Positions 25,319 to 35,392 of a stretch of 35,392 nt of DNA are shown piece by piece. The notes beneath the pieces are model-generated. The model was not told the DNA's origin and searched no databases. It worked only from the letters and a program-made list of their open reading frames with translations. Positions within the stretch are counted from its first letter, which is position 1. Every line of letters starts with the position of its first letter. Origin of the DNA: Basidioascus undulatus (Eukaryota); assembly GCA_000826855.1 (NCBI GenBank), contig JTLS01000251.1, positions 1-35,392 of the forward strand. Direction: 5' to 3'. The position numbers and the translations under genes are program-made.

Positions 25319-25570
25319 CTTCATCGCAATGCACTGCTTCGTCTGACTTACGCTCTCGTGTGTGCTTGTGTTTCTTGCGAATGACTGTCCCTACACTATT
25401 AGGCGAGAAGAAAGCTGGCCGCATTTGAGGTGGTCTGTGCTCCTGCTGCATCAGGATCAGGAGCGGACGCGTCGGGTCGCGCTTTCCCGCGCTGCTGGAC
25501 CGTTGGCGCCTGTTCGTTGCTGCTCGCCAGCTTGCCTTCCCTCATCCACCGTCCCGGCAGCCCCACCAGT

Positions 25571-26963
25571 ATGCGGACTCTCCCGCTCATCCTTCTCTTC
25601 TGTGCTTTCTGCTTCTCCGCAGTATTCGCGTGCGTCCTATCCGCTCTCACACTCCCCCCCGGACGGGGACTGACAGCTGGCGCCGGGGTGCAGGTGGGAC
25701 AAGGTGCGGCTGCGCTCGTCCATGGAAGGAGGAAATGAGAGGAGGAGGCGAGATGCTGATGTGCGGTGGATGGGCTGGTTGGGCAGGAGGACCATGAGAT
25801 CTTCGATATTGTTGCCGAGCTGGAGAAGCACCATGGTTCGTCGCTTCCTCTCCCCCTCGTTCGTAAGCAGGATGGATGGACTCATCGACCCCTCCTCATC
25901 AGGCAAAGGCACCTCCTTCTACTCCTTCCTAAACGTCTCCCCCACTGGCTCCGGTGCGTCCGCCCCCACCGCATCTCCGCATCTCACCTCTCGATCCCAC
26001 CTACTCCCTGCTGACCCCGTCGGTCGAGCAGAGGAGGACATCCGGAAAGCGTACAAGCGCAAGATGCTCACTCTCCACCCGGACAAGCGCCCCAACAATG
26101 CGACCAACGACGCGATCGTCGCGCGCGCGGGCGTGATCAACAAGATCCTTCGCGACCCCGCCATGCGGAAGCGGTACGACTACTTCTACAAGAACGGCGT
26201 GCCGTACTGGCGGGGTGCGTCGTCCTCCCTCTCCTGCCCCACCACCACCTCTGCCTCACCATGCTCCCTCTCACCTCCTCTTCCCATCGCGCACACCTTC
26301 TGACAATGCCTCCCCAGGCGGCGCCTACATGTACTCGCGCTTCCGCCCAGGCTTCGGAACCGTCGTGGTCTTCCTCGTGCTCCTCACGTCAGGGTTGCAG
26401 TACCTCGTCCAACGCATCAACTACCGCGCGCACCTCGCGCTCCTGGGGAGCATTAAGAAGCGCGCGCGCGCGGCCGCGTGGGGGCCCAAGGGCGTCCCCG
26501 GCGCCGGGCGCAAGAAGGTCCGCGTCCCGCGCTCGGCGCCCGTCGCGGGGGCGCCGGAGTTCGACGAGGACGGCGAGCCGCTGCAGCGGGGTCGCGGTCC
26601 GATGTTGGAGCTCATGGTGGAGGGGGAGGAGGTGTTCTGGGTGCGCCTCGATCCCATCCCGCCTCAGAATCTCCCAATCATCATTTGACGTTTTCCGGCC
26701 CGCAGATCGAGCCCGACAACTCCCACACCTCCCTCAACGCAGACGACTACCCCGTCCCGGGCTTGACGCGCACGTGGCCCTTCGCGCTCGTCCGGGCGCT
26801 CGTCCGGCGCGTCCTCCCGGACGGGAAGGCAGCGGCCGCGGAGGAGGCGGAAGAGAGCGAGGGCACGTCGGCGGATGAGTCGGCCAAGACGTCGGGTCGC
26901 GGGAGGGCGCAGCTGGCCGGTGGGCGCAGGAGGAAGGCTCCCACGGGGAGGGGGAAGCGATAG
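25571..26963 (+). CDS. ER membrane J-domain co-chaperone (Erj5/DNAJC25-like), multi-exon with a 10-nt microexon
   Basis: Signal peptide MRTLPLILLFCAFCFSAVFA, WDKEDHEIFDIVAELE, SFYSFLNV, IRKAYKRKMLTLHPDK (HPD), RKRYDYFYKNGVPYWRG, YSRFRPGFGTVVVFL (TM); stop 26961-26963. Confidence 0.9.
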
Positions 26964-27439
26964 GCTGGCTGGGGGGACGGATGGGATAGATGGTAGAGGG
27001 CCTTGAATGGGTATGCGGCGAGGAACATGCTCGTTGGTTTGATTGGAGCGCTGCTGCATTTTGGCTGGACAGGCTTGAAGCCTGGGTACGTCTTTGAGAA
27101 GTGATGCAGTCGGATGCGTCAAAGCCTGCACCGTCCCGTGCTGGCACAGCCCACAACTCGCACATCCAGCATTTCTCATCGGTCTTTCCCCTTAGCCGAA
27201 GAACACGGGAGACCATTCGAACAGGCTGCGGCAAATGCGGAATGCGCAGTGCTTGCCTCCCTGCTCTTGCATGGGCAAACAGCGTCTTCACTTGGAACGT
27301 GCTCGCACATCACTTGCTCTTTGCGAGTACTGCTACCTTGCTCTGCCATGCAGCCGACGTGAAACAGTCTACGAAATCAGCTGAACGAACGAAACCAAAA
27401 GGAATGCATCGACGCGGAGGAGCCGGTGTCCTGGCACTC

Positions 27440-28870
27440 TCAGTAATAGTGGACCTCCTCCCGCTCGCGACCGCGCATGAACTGCTCACACTGTGGGTTA
27501 GTTGTTGCTCACTCGATGGAATCTATTTGTAAGTCAAGTAAGATACGCACGGAGGCTCAGTATCCTTGAAATAGATGTTGTTCCAGAGGTCCGTCAACGC
27601 CGGCTCGGGCGACGCCTTCGCCTCTTCGACGGCTTGCCCGACCTCAGCCTTGGACGACTTGTCGATGGCCTAAGCAGAGTACTTGAAGGTCAGCCGAGAA
27701 CAGCTAAGGAAAAGGAAGAATAGGGAACACGAGAGACCTTGAGGCCCGCCTCGGCGACGCCCAGGTCAAGAAGACGCTGCTTGAGGCCCTTGATGGCGTC
27801 GTGCGTTGACCGCGTCCGCTGCACCTCCTCGCGCGTGCGGTAGGTCGTGCCGGGGTCGATACTACGTTGTGAAAGGGGAGTCAATATAAGCTCAGAGAGA
27901 ATAAATCAGGGTAGGAGGAGAGACTCACGAGTGCCCGACGTAGCGGTAGGTTACGAATTCGATCAAGAGAGGCCCCTTGCCCTCGACGGCCCACTGCTTC
28001 GTAAACTTGCAAGCCTGGTGGACGGCGAGGATGTCCACGCCATCTACCTGAGCGTAAGGAAGAAGCAGCACCTAAGTCAGCGTCTCTCCCCCGACCACAG
28101 TGTCTTGAAACTCTTGCAACATACCACGCACCTGCCACCCGGAATCAAGTCCCCGCGCTTGAAGTACTCCGTATTGGCGGACGAGCGCTCCGCGGACGTG
28201 CCAATGCCGTACTTGTTGTTCTCGCAAACAAACATGCACGGCAAGTTCCAGAGCTTCGCCATGTTGAACGCCTGAACACCTGGCCCTGGTTGCTCGCGCC
28301 ATCGCCGTATAGCGTGAAGTCACGGCAGGCGTGCCCGTGTACTGCTGCGCAAACGCGATGCGCGCCCCGACAGGGACCTGCGCACCTACGATCCCGTTCC
28401 CGCCGAAGAAGGAGGGCGTGAACATGTGCATCGAGCCGCCCTTGCCCTTCGACAGGCCGTCCTCGCGTCCTGGGACACCGGTCAACGAACGGTTTCGGGA
28501 AGGCGTTGCCATACTTACCGAGAAGCTCCGCCAATACACCCTTCAGCGATCCACCGCGAAGCGCTGCGAAAGAATGGCAGCGGTAGGACGTGATAACGCG
28601 GTCTTTGTCGTTAATGGCGGATCCATTCCCACAGAAGTCGCCTCCTGCACGATCACAGAAATTTTAGCGTTCCTCTCCTCGCATTCTCACTCTATTAGAA
28701 GCTCAAAGGATCAGACGAACCTGACCGGTGGCCAGATGACAGAAGCCGCGGATGAGCTTGGCCTTGTACAGCGAGTCGGCGGCCTGCGCCAGCTTCCTCA
28801 TCGTCGACATCTGCTGGTACCACAAAACGAGCTCTGCGGGCACGGCTGTCAACGCGTAGAACGGCGATGC
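27440..28870 (-). pseudogene. PDA1: Pyruvate dehydrogenase E1 alpha pseudogene (5'-truncated, several frameshifts, introns retained)
   Basis: [78 protein letters not shown]. About five 1-nt deletions (near 28623, 28318, 28273, 28138, 27551); conserved GHSMSDP reads GHSIDP; no transit peptide. Confidence 0.9.
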
Positions 28871-30568
28871 ATTTGAATTGCGCATGCTGACGAGTGTATG
28901 GACGACCGAAGCAAAAAGATTGCTATGAGAACAAGTTCTGCGAATTAGCTCATGCGACAAGCCACGAAGACAGCGCGCTCGCACGTACAAGGCGATCCTG
29001 GGCAAGGAGTTCATGGAAGACTCGTCGGCGCTCCTCCAGCGCATCCTGGCTCAGGTCGAAGCGCGCGCAATCTCGGTACAGCCCGATCTTCCAAAAAGTC
29101 GTCAGCATACGCAACAGACATGTATTCCTGTTGAAAGAGCACCATACGCACCGCTATCAGTGATCGCAGCGCAACTCCCAAGATTGCCCAGCACCCCTCG
29201 CCGCCATTGCTCCGGCTGTTTAGCCTATAATTCGCCATCATCTGCAACGACTGCACGCCGGCGAGCGTGTTGACCTCCCACAACGCGTTCGGGCCAGCCG
29301 CACCGAGCGCCACCCTCGCGGCGTCGAGGAAGGTGTCGGCCTTCACTCGCGCTTCATCCAATGGGACTACGAGCAGGAACACTCGGTTAGTTCATACCAA
29401 CACGCATGGAGGTTGCGAACTTTCTCGAAACGTCGAAGTATATGCCGAGCGCGAAGACCATGAAGACGAGTGCGAACACGTGGGGATGCGGTGCCTTCGA
29501 GTGAGGCGGAAGACCGTAGACAGAGGGCAGGCGCTTGGCGAAGAACGACTCTCGCGGCACGATCTCGTACCTGCACACAGAAATTGATTAGCGCCGGTTT
29601 CGAAAGCTATGAATCGTGTGAGGACAGACATGTAGATTGCCTTCTCGAAAAAGGCCGTTCCGCGCAGGCGCCCTTCGTCCAACGGCGGGAGCAGGCTTCG
29701 AAGCCATTCAAAAGAGCGAGAAGGGCGGGATTCTGTGTGCGCAACAACCCCGACACCATGAGTATCACGTCTTATCGTGCGTCCCACGGCTGTCACGTGT
29801 GGGTGCACCTTCCAAGTCATTCGGGGTGCGCCGCAGCGTGGCCGTTGGCGCGGGAACCGCCAGAGCAGCGGAATTCTGCATGGATCTGTATTGAGTCCAC
29901 GCAAGAGAACGTGGGAGTAAAGAACGGCTATGTTGACTCACGGAATGATCTGCGCCTAGTGCCGCAAGATATACCGAACTGCCAGATGGGCCATAATATT
30001 GCGACCGACCGTCGTCGTCGATCGTGAGCGTTCCGAAAGATCGGGGCAGCCCTTCCGGAGGAGGAGGATGCGCCGCTGACGGAGCGACAATGGGCCCCGC
30101 GGGTGCTGACGACGAGGATACCGCCAGGGCAGGTATGTCGAGCCCGGCGCTTCGAAGACGCGCCTCGAGCTGCGAGATACGATCTTGGAGGCTCATATTC
30201 CGAGAGAGAAGCGCGCTGAGCTCTTCTCGACCTCGAGGATGATCTGACGATGCGGAAGCAATGTTCTGCGATACGCGGTCGAGGTACGATCGCGTGCCCT
30301 TTTCGAGCGTGCCATCTGGACAGAGCGAGGCGCACCCGCGACGAACGCAAGCTGAGCAGGGCCAAACTGATCCCAGAAATATAAATTTAAAATGTATAAC
30401 AGCTGAACTACGGATAACGTGCTCACCTTTGTCGCATTTGAGCTTCATGCGACGACACTCCTCGCACGACGACGCGTCACGGCGACGCTTCCGCCCCTTC
30501 GAAGACGAGGGGCCCGACCCTTCGATTGAAGTAGAATGCGACGGAGTTTCAGAATCTTTCGACGCCAT
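28870..30568 (-). pseudogene. Zn(II)2Cys6 transcription factor with fungal middle-homology region, 3'-truncated and probably frameshifted
   Basis: [90 protein letters not shown]; sequence switches to PDA1 just after. Splice phases mismatch at about 29365-29420. Confidence 0.85.
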
Positions 30569-31127
30569 TATGTCAGCTCCTCGAAAGGTGCGAAAGCAAG
30601 TGAGTTGTTAGAAGAGGACGTGAGTGGTGAAGGTCAAGAAGCGCCTCAGGGCGAAGCGCTCAGTGGCAACGCGAGCGCGCTCGAGATCTCACTGATCTCA
30701 ACCGACCCCTTCCCCGTTTACTACGCCGTGTTCAACCACAATGGTAGGTCCCTTTTACTGCAATTTGTGGAAACACATGAGCAAAATAAATCATCGCGGC
30801 CAAACATTGTCGAGCAAGGAAAATGTCCAGCCGCGATAGCCGCGAACATTGACAGCAAGCCTGGAGGATCGTATGTCCGAGCAGAGCGCGGCGCTCGCCA
30901 ATGCAAGCCAATTGATTGATAGGTTTGACATTCTGGGCTTGAGCATATGACCTAATCACCAGCATTGCCTCCTCGGACCGAACCGACCTGCCGTTTCCAG
31001 ACCGCTGCAGACCTCCGCGGCGAGCACGGAGCTCTCAGCGCGTTCACCAACTCACATATCGACACGACCGCTCTCTTCTCTCTTCCTGCATTCTCGAACC
31101 TCCTCACCCACTCCCAGCACTTCCAAA

Positions 31128-32514
31128 ATGTCCGCTCCCGTCCCCATTGTCGTCATCGGTGCAGGCCTCATTGGCAAGCGCCACATCGAGCACGTCGTCT
31201 CCGAGCCGCGTACCAACCTCGCCGCCATCGTCGAGCCAGGTCCCGCCGGTCCTGGCATCGCGAAGGAGCTCGGCGTTCCCCACTTTTCCAACCTCGACGA
31301 CCTCATCGCCGCTCGCGACGCCGGAAGCATTCAAGTTTCCGGCGCGATCGTTGGGACGCCGAACTCGACGCATGTCCCGCTCGGCTCGCAGCTCGTCAAG
31401 GCCGGTATCCATGCTCTCGTGGAGAAGCCTGTTGCGGCTTCTGTCGAGAGCGGGCGGGAGCTCATCGCTGCTGCGAAGTCCTCCAGCGTCAAGCTACTGA
31501 TTGGACACCACCGCCGCTTCAACCCTTACATCCGCGCGTTGAAGGGCATGTTGACAGGGGGGACCTCGGAGAAGGTGCGTCTTCCATTCAAGTGACGACG
31601 TCTCTCGACCGGCCTGACTCATCCTCGTGCGACCGCAGTCCTTGCCATCAGCGGTGTCTGGACCCTTCTGAAGCCGGCCGACTACTTCGACGCGCCGACT
31701 GAGTGGCGGCGCGACCCGGCAAGCGGTGGTCCTATTGTGCGCAGTTTTGGCACCGCTTTCCCTCAATTTGTGCTAAACGCTACCCTCACCAGATCATCAA
31801 CCTCGTCCACGACATCGACCTTCTGCGTCACCTTGGCGGGGACATCGTCAAGGTGTATGCCGCTAAGGGGAAGTCTACGCGTGGTTTCGCCGTCGAGGAG
31901 ACGGGCGCGGTCACGCTGCATTTCGCCAGCGAAGCGGTCGGCACCTTTATCTTCTCCGAGTGCGTACTTCTATATCATCATATACACCGCTGATGCTTTC
32001 GTTTCAATCTCCAGTGCGACCGCGTCTCCGTACAGTTTCGAAGGCGCTACCGGCGAGAACCCGACGATCCCCAATACTGTGAGCTATGTCCTTCGTACTT
32101 CGCCCCTGGAACAACGGCTGACATACATACAAACCCCGCAGTCTCAAGAAGTCTACAAGATCCTCGGCACGCGCGGCTCGGCCTCTTTCCCCGAGAATGC
32201 GCGCTGGCACTACACCGACAAGCAGTCTTGGTTGGAACCGCTCGCGAAGGACGCGCCGCTGCCTATCGACGACGTGCTGCCGTTCACCACCCAGCTGTGC
32301 GTTATTCATCTGGGTTTTTGTCGAGATTTCCCACTAATAGTGCTCATTATTTCGTCATGCTTCGATTCTTGATAGGCGCCACTTCGTCGATGTCATCGAG
32401 GGCAAAGCCGAGCCCAACTGCTCCGGGCTTGAGGCGCTTAAGACAATGCTCGTGCTGGAGGCTGTTAGGAAGAGTATCTACGAGGGCGTGCCGGTTGATG
32501 TCCCGCAGGAGTAG
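31128..32514 (+). CDS. Gfo/Idh/MocA NAD(P)-dependent oxidoreductase (QutH-like) with one apparent 1-nt deletion
   Basis: VIGAGLIGKRH, TPNSTH, LVEKP, IGHHRRFNPY, GGPIIINLVHDIDL, FEGATGENP; the frame must shift at 31551-31562 (G6 run) to give GDLGEVLAISGVW; stop 32512-32514. Confidence 0.85.
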
Positions 32515-32899
32515 AGGAACACTAGAACGAACTGAATATTGAGCCTACGATTGATCTCTGCTGCGTGTGCTTGTTGGACGGACAGCGATACTGGCTCTCG
32601 TGAGCAGCAAGATACTTGCTGAAGCCCATGCTGTCCATGGTCGATTATCGTGAACTGAAAGCTGCTCGCTTCAGCTGTAACTATACTTTCATTGAACAGT
32701 GCTTCACAGGTCGCTATGTGTGGCACCCTGCTCTCGGCCGTCTTCCAGCCTTGGCGATCGACGCTCGGCTGTGAGACCCCGTCTACAAAGTATCTTGCCC
32801 ACTTCTCATTCGAGCGTACGAGCCCATGTGGGATCAAGAAAGTTTCAAAGCACCCCATTGTTACTTCAGTTGCATGCGCGTCGACAGTCCGACCGGCCG

Positions 32900-34430
32900 C
32901 GCTGCGCTCCCGGATTAACTACATCCCCAGCTTCTCCCTCGTCTGCCGCTCCCACTCCTCGCAATACGTCCAAATATCTGGACCGTCCCATTCCTAGGGC
33001 CATTCTTTTAGCCTTCGCAGGTCAGTCCCAGTTTTGAGGGCCTTGACAAAGTTGGGATCAACAGCCGCTGCTTCCTGTCCAGACCCAACCGCAGGAAAGT
33101 TGTATCAGTGACCGGCGAAACGCAGTCAAATACACGCCTGATGGGCACGTACCTTCTCGAAAATCTTTCGCATGCTTTTACGCTCCTTGTTGTTTGGGAC
33201 TATGCCGAAGGAGCGTCTGTACGTATCCAGCCAAGCTCGACTTTGCGCCAGTGGTGGGGGTAGGCGGCGGGTACGAAGGCGTGGTATCTGTGAGCGGACG
33301 GTGCCACCTGGTCAGAGCTGTGCCGAAGGGAAGAAGACGAAGCCCCAACACTCGCTCCCAATCGATCCACCCCGACACATCTGTTCCGAAGTGAGACTGC
33401 CACCGACGGCATCAACACACCTTGGCGGAGCCGGACTGTAAGGTTCGAAACGCTGGGCGACAAGGGACGAACACATTGAGAGCGCCTTTGTAATCGGTAT
33501 ACCGCAAGGCCGGCCTTAGCATCTTGGGCTCGGACGGAATGCGTCTGGGCAGAAGCTCCTCCACGCGATTCGAGCACCCGAGCGCGTCCGCATGCCGCTC
33601 CGGCTCGTGTTCGAGGGGATGTGCGACATGATACTCCCTGGCCTCGGCGAGAAGGAAGCGCAGATATTCCAGCGGTGTAGAGAAAGGCCCGACGGGCAGA
33701 CCGTACCGCTCGTCCATGAGAGTACTCATCATTGCGGAGATATTGGGCGTGCACTGGAAGAGGTCAAGCGAGCCGAAGGAGGTAGCAGTGACGCTCCAGG
33801 CGCGGACATGGGCTAGCGCGAGAGATCTGAAGAGCTGCTCCTGCTGCACACAAGTATATTCAATGACCCACCCGCCCCCCGAGCACACCGAAAGCAAGAG
33901 CAGCGAGCATACTTTGCCGACATCGTCGAGGTCGTCCATGACGAGCCCGAACACCTTTCCTTCCATCTTTGAAGGCAGCCTACGGCGCCCCCAAGGGGTT
34001 CGAGCAGGTAGGACAGTAGAACAGAATCCTTGGAACGGGGAGTTCCGGCTGTTGAAACGCGATGAACTCGACAAGAGCGGCTTCGCGGCGGACCTTCTCG
34101 CAGACCCAGCTGGTTTCGAAAGCGTCGCCGCGCTTGAAGTCGTTCGCGATGCGGGCGACAGCTCGAGAGTGGTCCTTGAAGATGACTCGTACACCTTTGA
34201 ATTTCGTAAGCTCCCCCATATTTTATACTTCTCGCATCTGATGCGAAAAGCGGAACCTCGACGCCCCATGTTTCTAGACCCATGCCCCACCGGCTGATCC
34301 CCTCAACCGGCCGTCCCAATGCCTTATCGACCTGCGTGGAAAGAACATGGAGGTCCAAGGAACTCTGAAGATGGGACAACCGCGCCTTGCGCAGGTCGTC
34401 GGCGGTAGCAGTCGGTGGATTGGAATTCAT
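32900..34430 (-). pseudogene. Decayed aminoglycoside-phosphotransferase (APH)/kinase-like gene
   Basis: VARI, REAALVEFI..LPVPRILFY..SNPLGAP, MEG, FGSL, GPFSTPLEYL, LRYTD..NVFV (HxD changed to YTD), GWIDWE; in-frame TAG at 33980-33982, a frameshift and further stops downstream. 3' boundary uncertain. Confidence 0.75.
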
Positions 34431-35392
34431 TCTGCGGAAGTGGACGATCAAGAGACTGTGAAGATAAAGGACTTGAAGGACCTCGTAGAGTTTCCGGTTA
34501 AGGCGGGGGTCGGGTGGATTCTGGCGTCCTTCGTGATTGACGCCCTCCTGCTTTTTGTCCGCTCCGGCGGAACGCAACGGCCCGGAATGTTCGCCATTCA
34601 GGTTGGTCTGTTCGCGTGCGGCCCGGGAGAGGTGAAGATGTGCAAGAACACAAAGAGCACTCAGTCCTTACTCCTGGAGATGTTTTAAGAGCTGTGCGTC
34701 TCCTGGCGCATCCATCTTGCACAGCACGGAATGAGAGGGGCTACTGAACCAGGCTTCTTTTGATGGTCACATCATCGCTTTTTAGAAAAAATTGATAATG
34801 AGTTTTTACGACCTCAAATGTCTTTCTTGCGGCGAATGGTAAGACCTTCACGGTGGTCATGCGCTGCGATTGTCGATGCAGCACGTCAAGCAAGCCCCAT
34901 GGACCAACGTTAACGGTAGACACAAAGAGGCGTACGGACCAATCTTGGCCGAAAACCTCTTCATTTCACCTCTATGCTACGTCAGTTATCACAAGGGTGC
35001 AGTACAATGCGGAAGTGTAAGGTCGCAAGATTGTAGCTCCATTCCACGTGCACGTAGTACACACCACTTTTATGACTGCCGTCCCCCAACCAGGATCCAA
35101 CGTGAAAATGGGGTGAGGGGATCCCATTAAATGTTCACAAGCTGTGTCCTTGTTTGTGCGAGGCTTCCTTCCACATTCGCGATTCTTTTGTGTTGTCGAG
35201 AAAGGAATTTGGTCACGATGTTACCTTCCGTACCCCTCGCGCTCTTATCGCTTCCGAATGTTTGGTCGCGTAGTCCTTTGAATAATCCGTTTCTTTTTCT
35301 CTTAAGGTCAGCAGACGAAGAGAAGTCCTCCCCTCCATTGCACACCCTCCGACTGCGCAGACTAATTGCCCAAACCCCTCCCCGCCACCCCC

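Noticed and set aside
35127..35345. 72-aa - strand ORF at the window edge
   Set aside because: May be the 3' exon of an outside gene, but there is no motif to support a call.

Overview
Eukaryotic, GC-rich, intron-dense fungal DNA. The 50-90 nt introns with GTGCGT/GTGAGT donors and CTGAC/CTAAC branch sites suggest a basidiomycete, probably Pucciniomycotina (inference). Apparently intact genes: mitochondrial ribosomal protein S12 (cut by the window edge), an MBOAT/wax-synthase-like acyltransferase, proteasome ATPase RPT3, an intron-containing tRNA-Ser(AGA), hydroxyacid-oxoacid transhydrogenase, VID27 and an ER J-domain protein. These alternate with broken genes: (1) a COG0523/CobW zinc chaperone and a haspin kinase joined back-to-back, both lacking 5' ends; (2) a Zn2Cys6 transcription factor running directly into a decayed PDA1 copy; (3) a Gfo/Idh/MocA oxidoreductase with one frameshift; (4) a decayed APH-like kinase; (5) an F-box-like remnant. 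Elements the ORF track misses include a candidate intronic H/ACA snoRNA, a 45-aa CX2CX6HX3C microprotein and four phase-0 His-rich exons in the CobW gene. All gene models were spliced by eye and no database searches were run.
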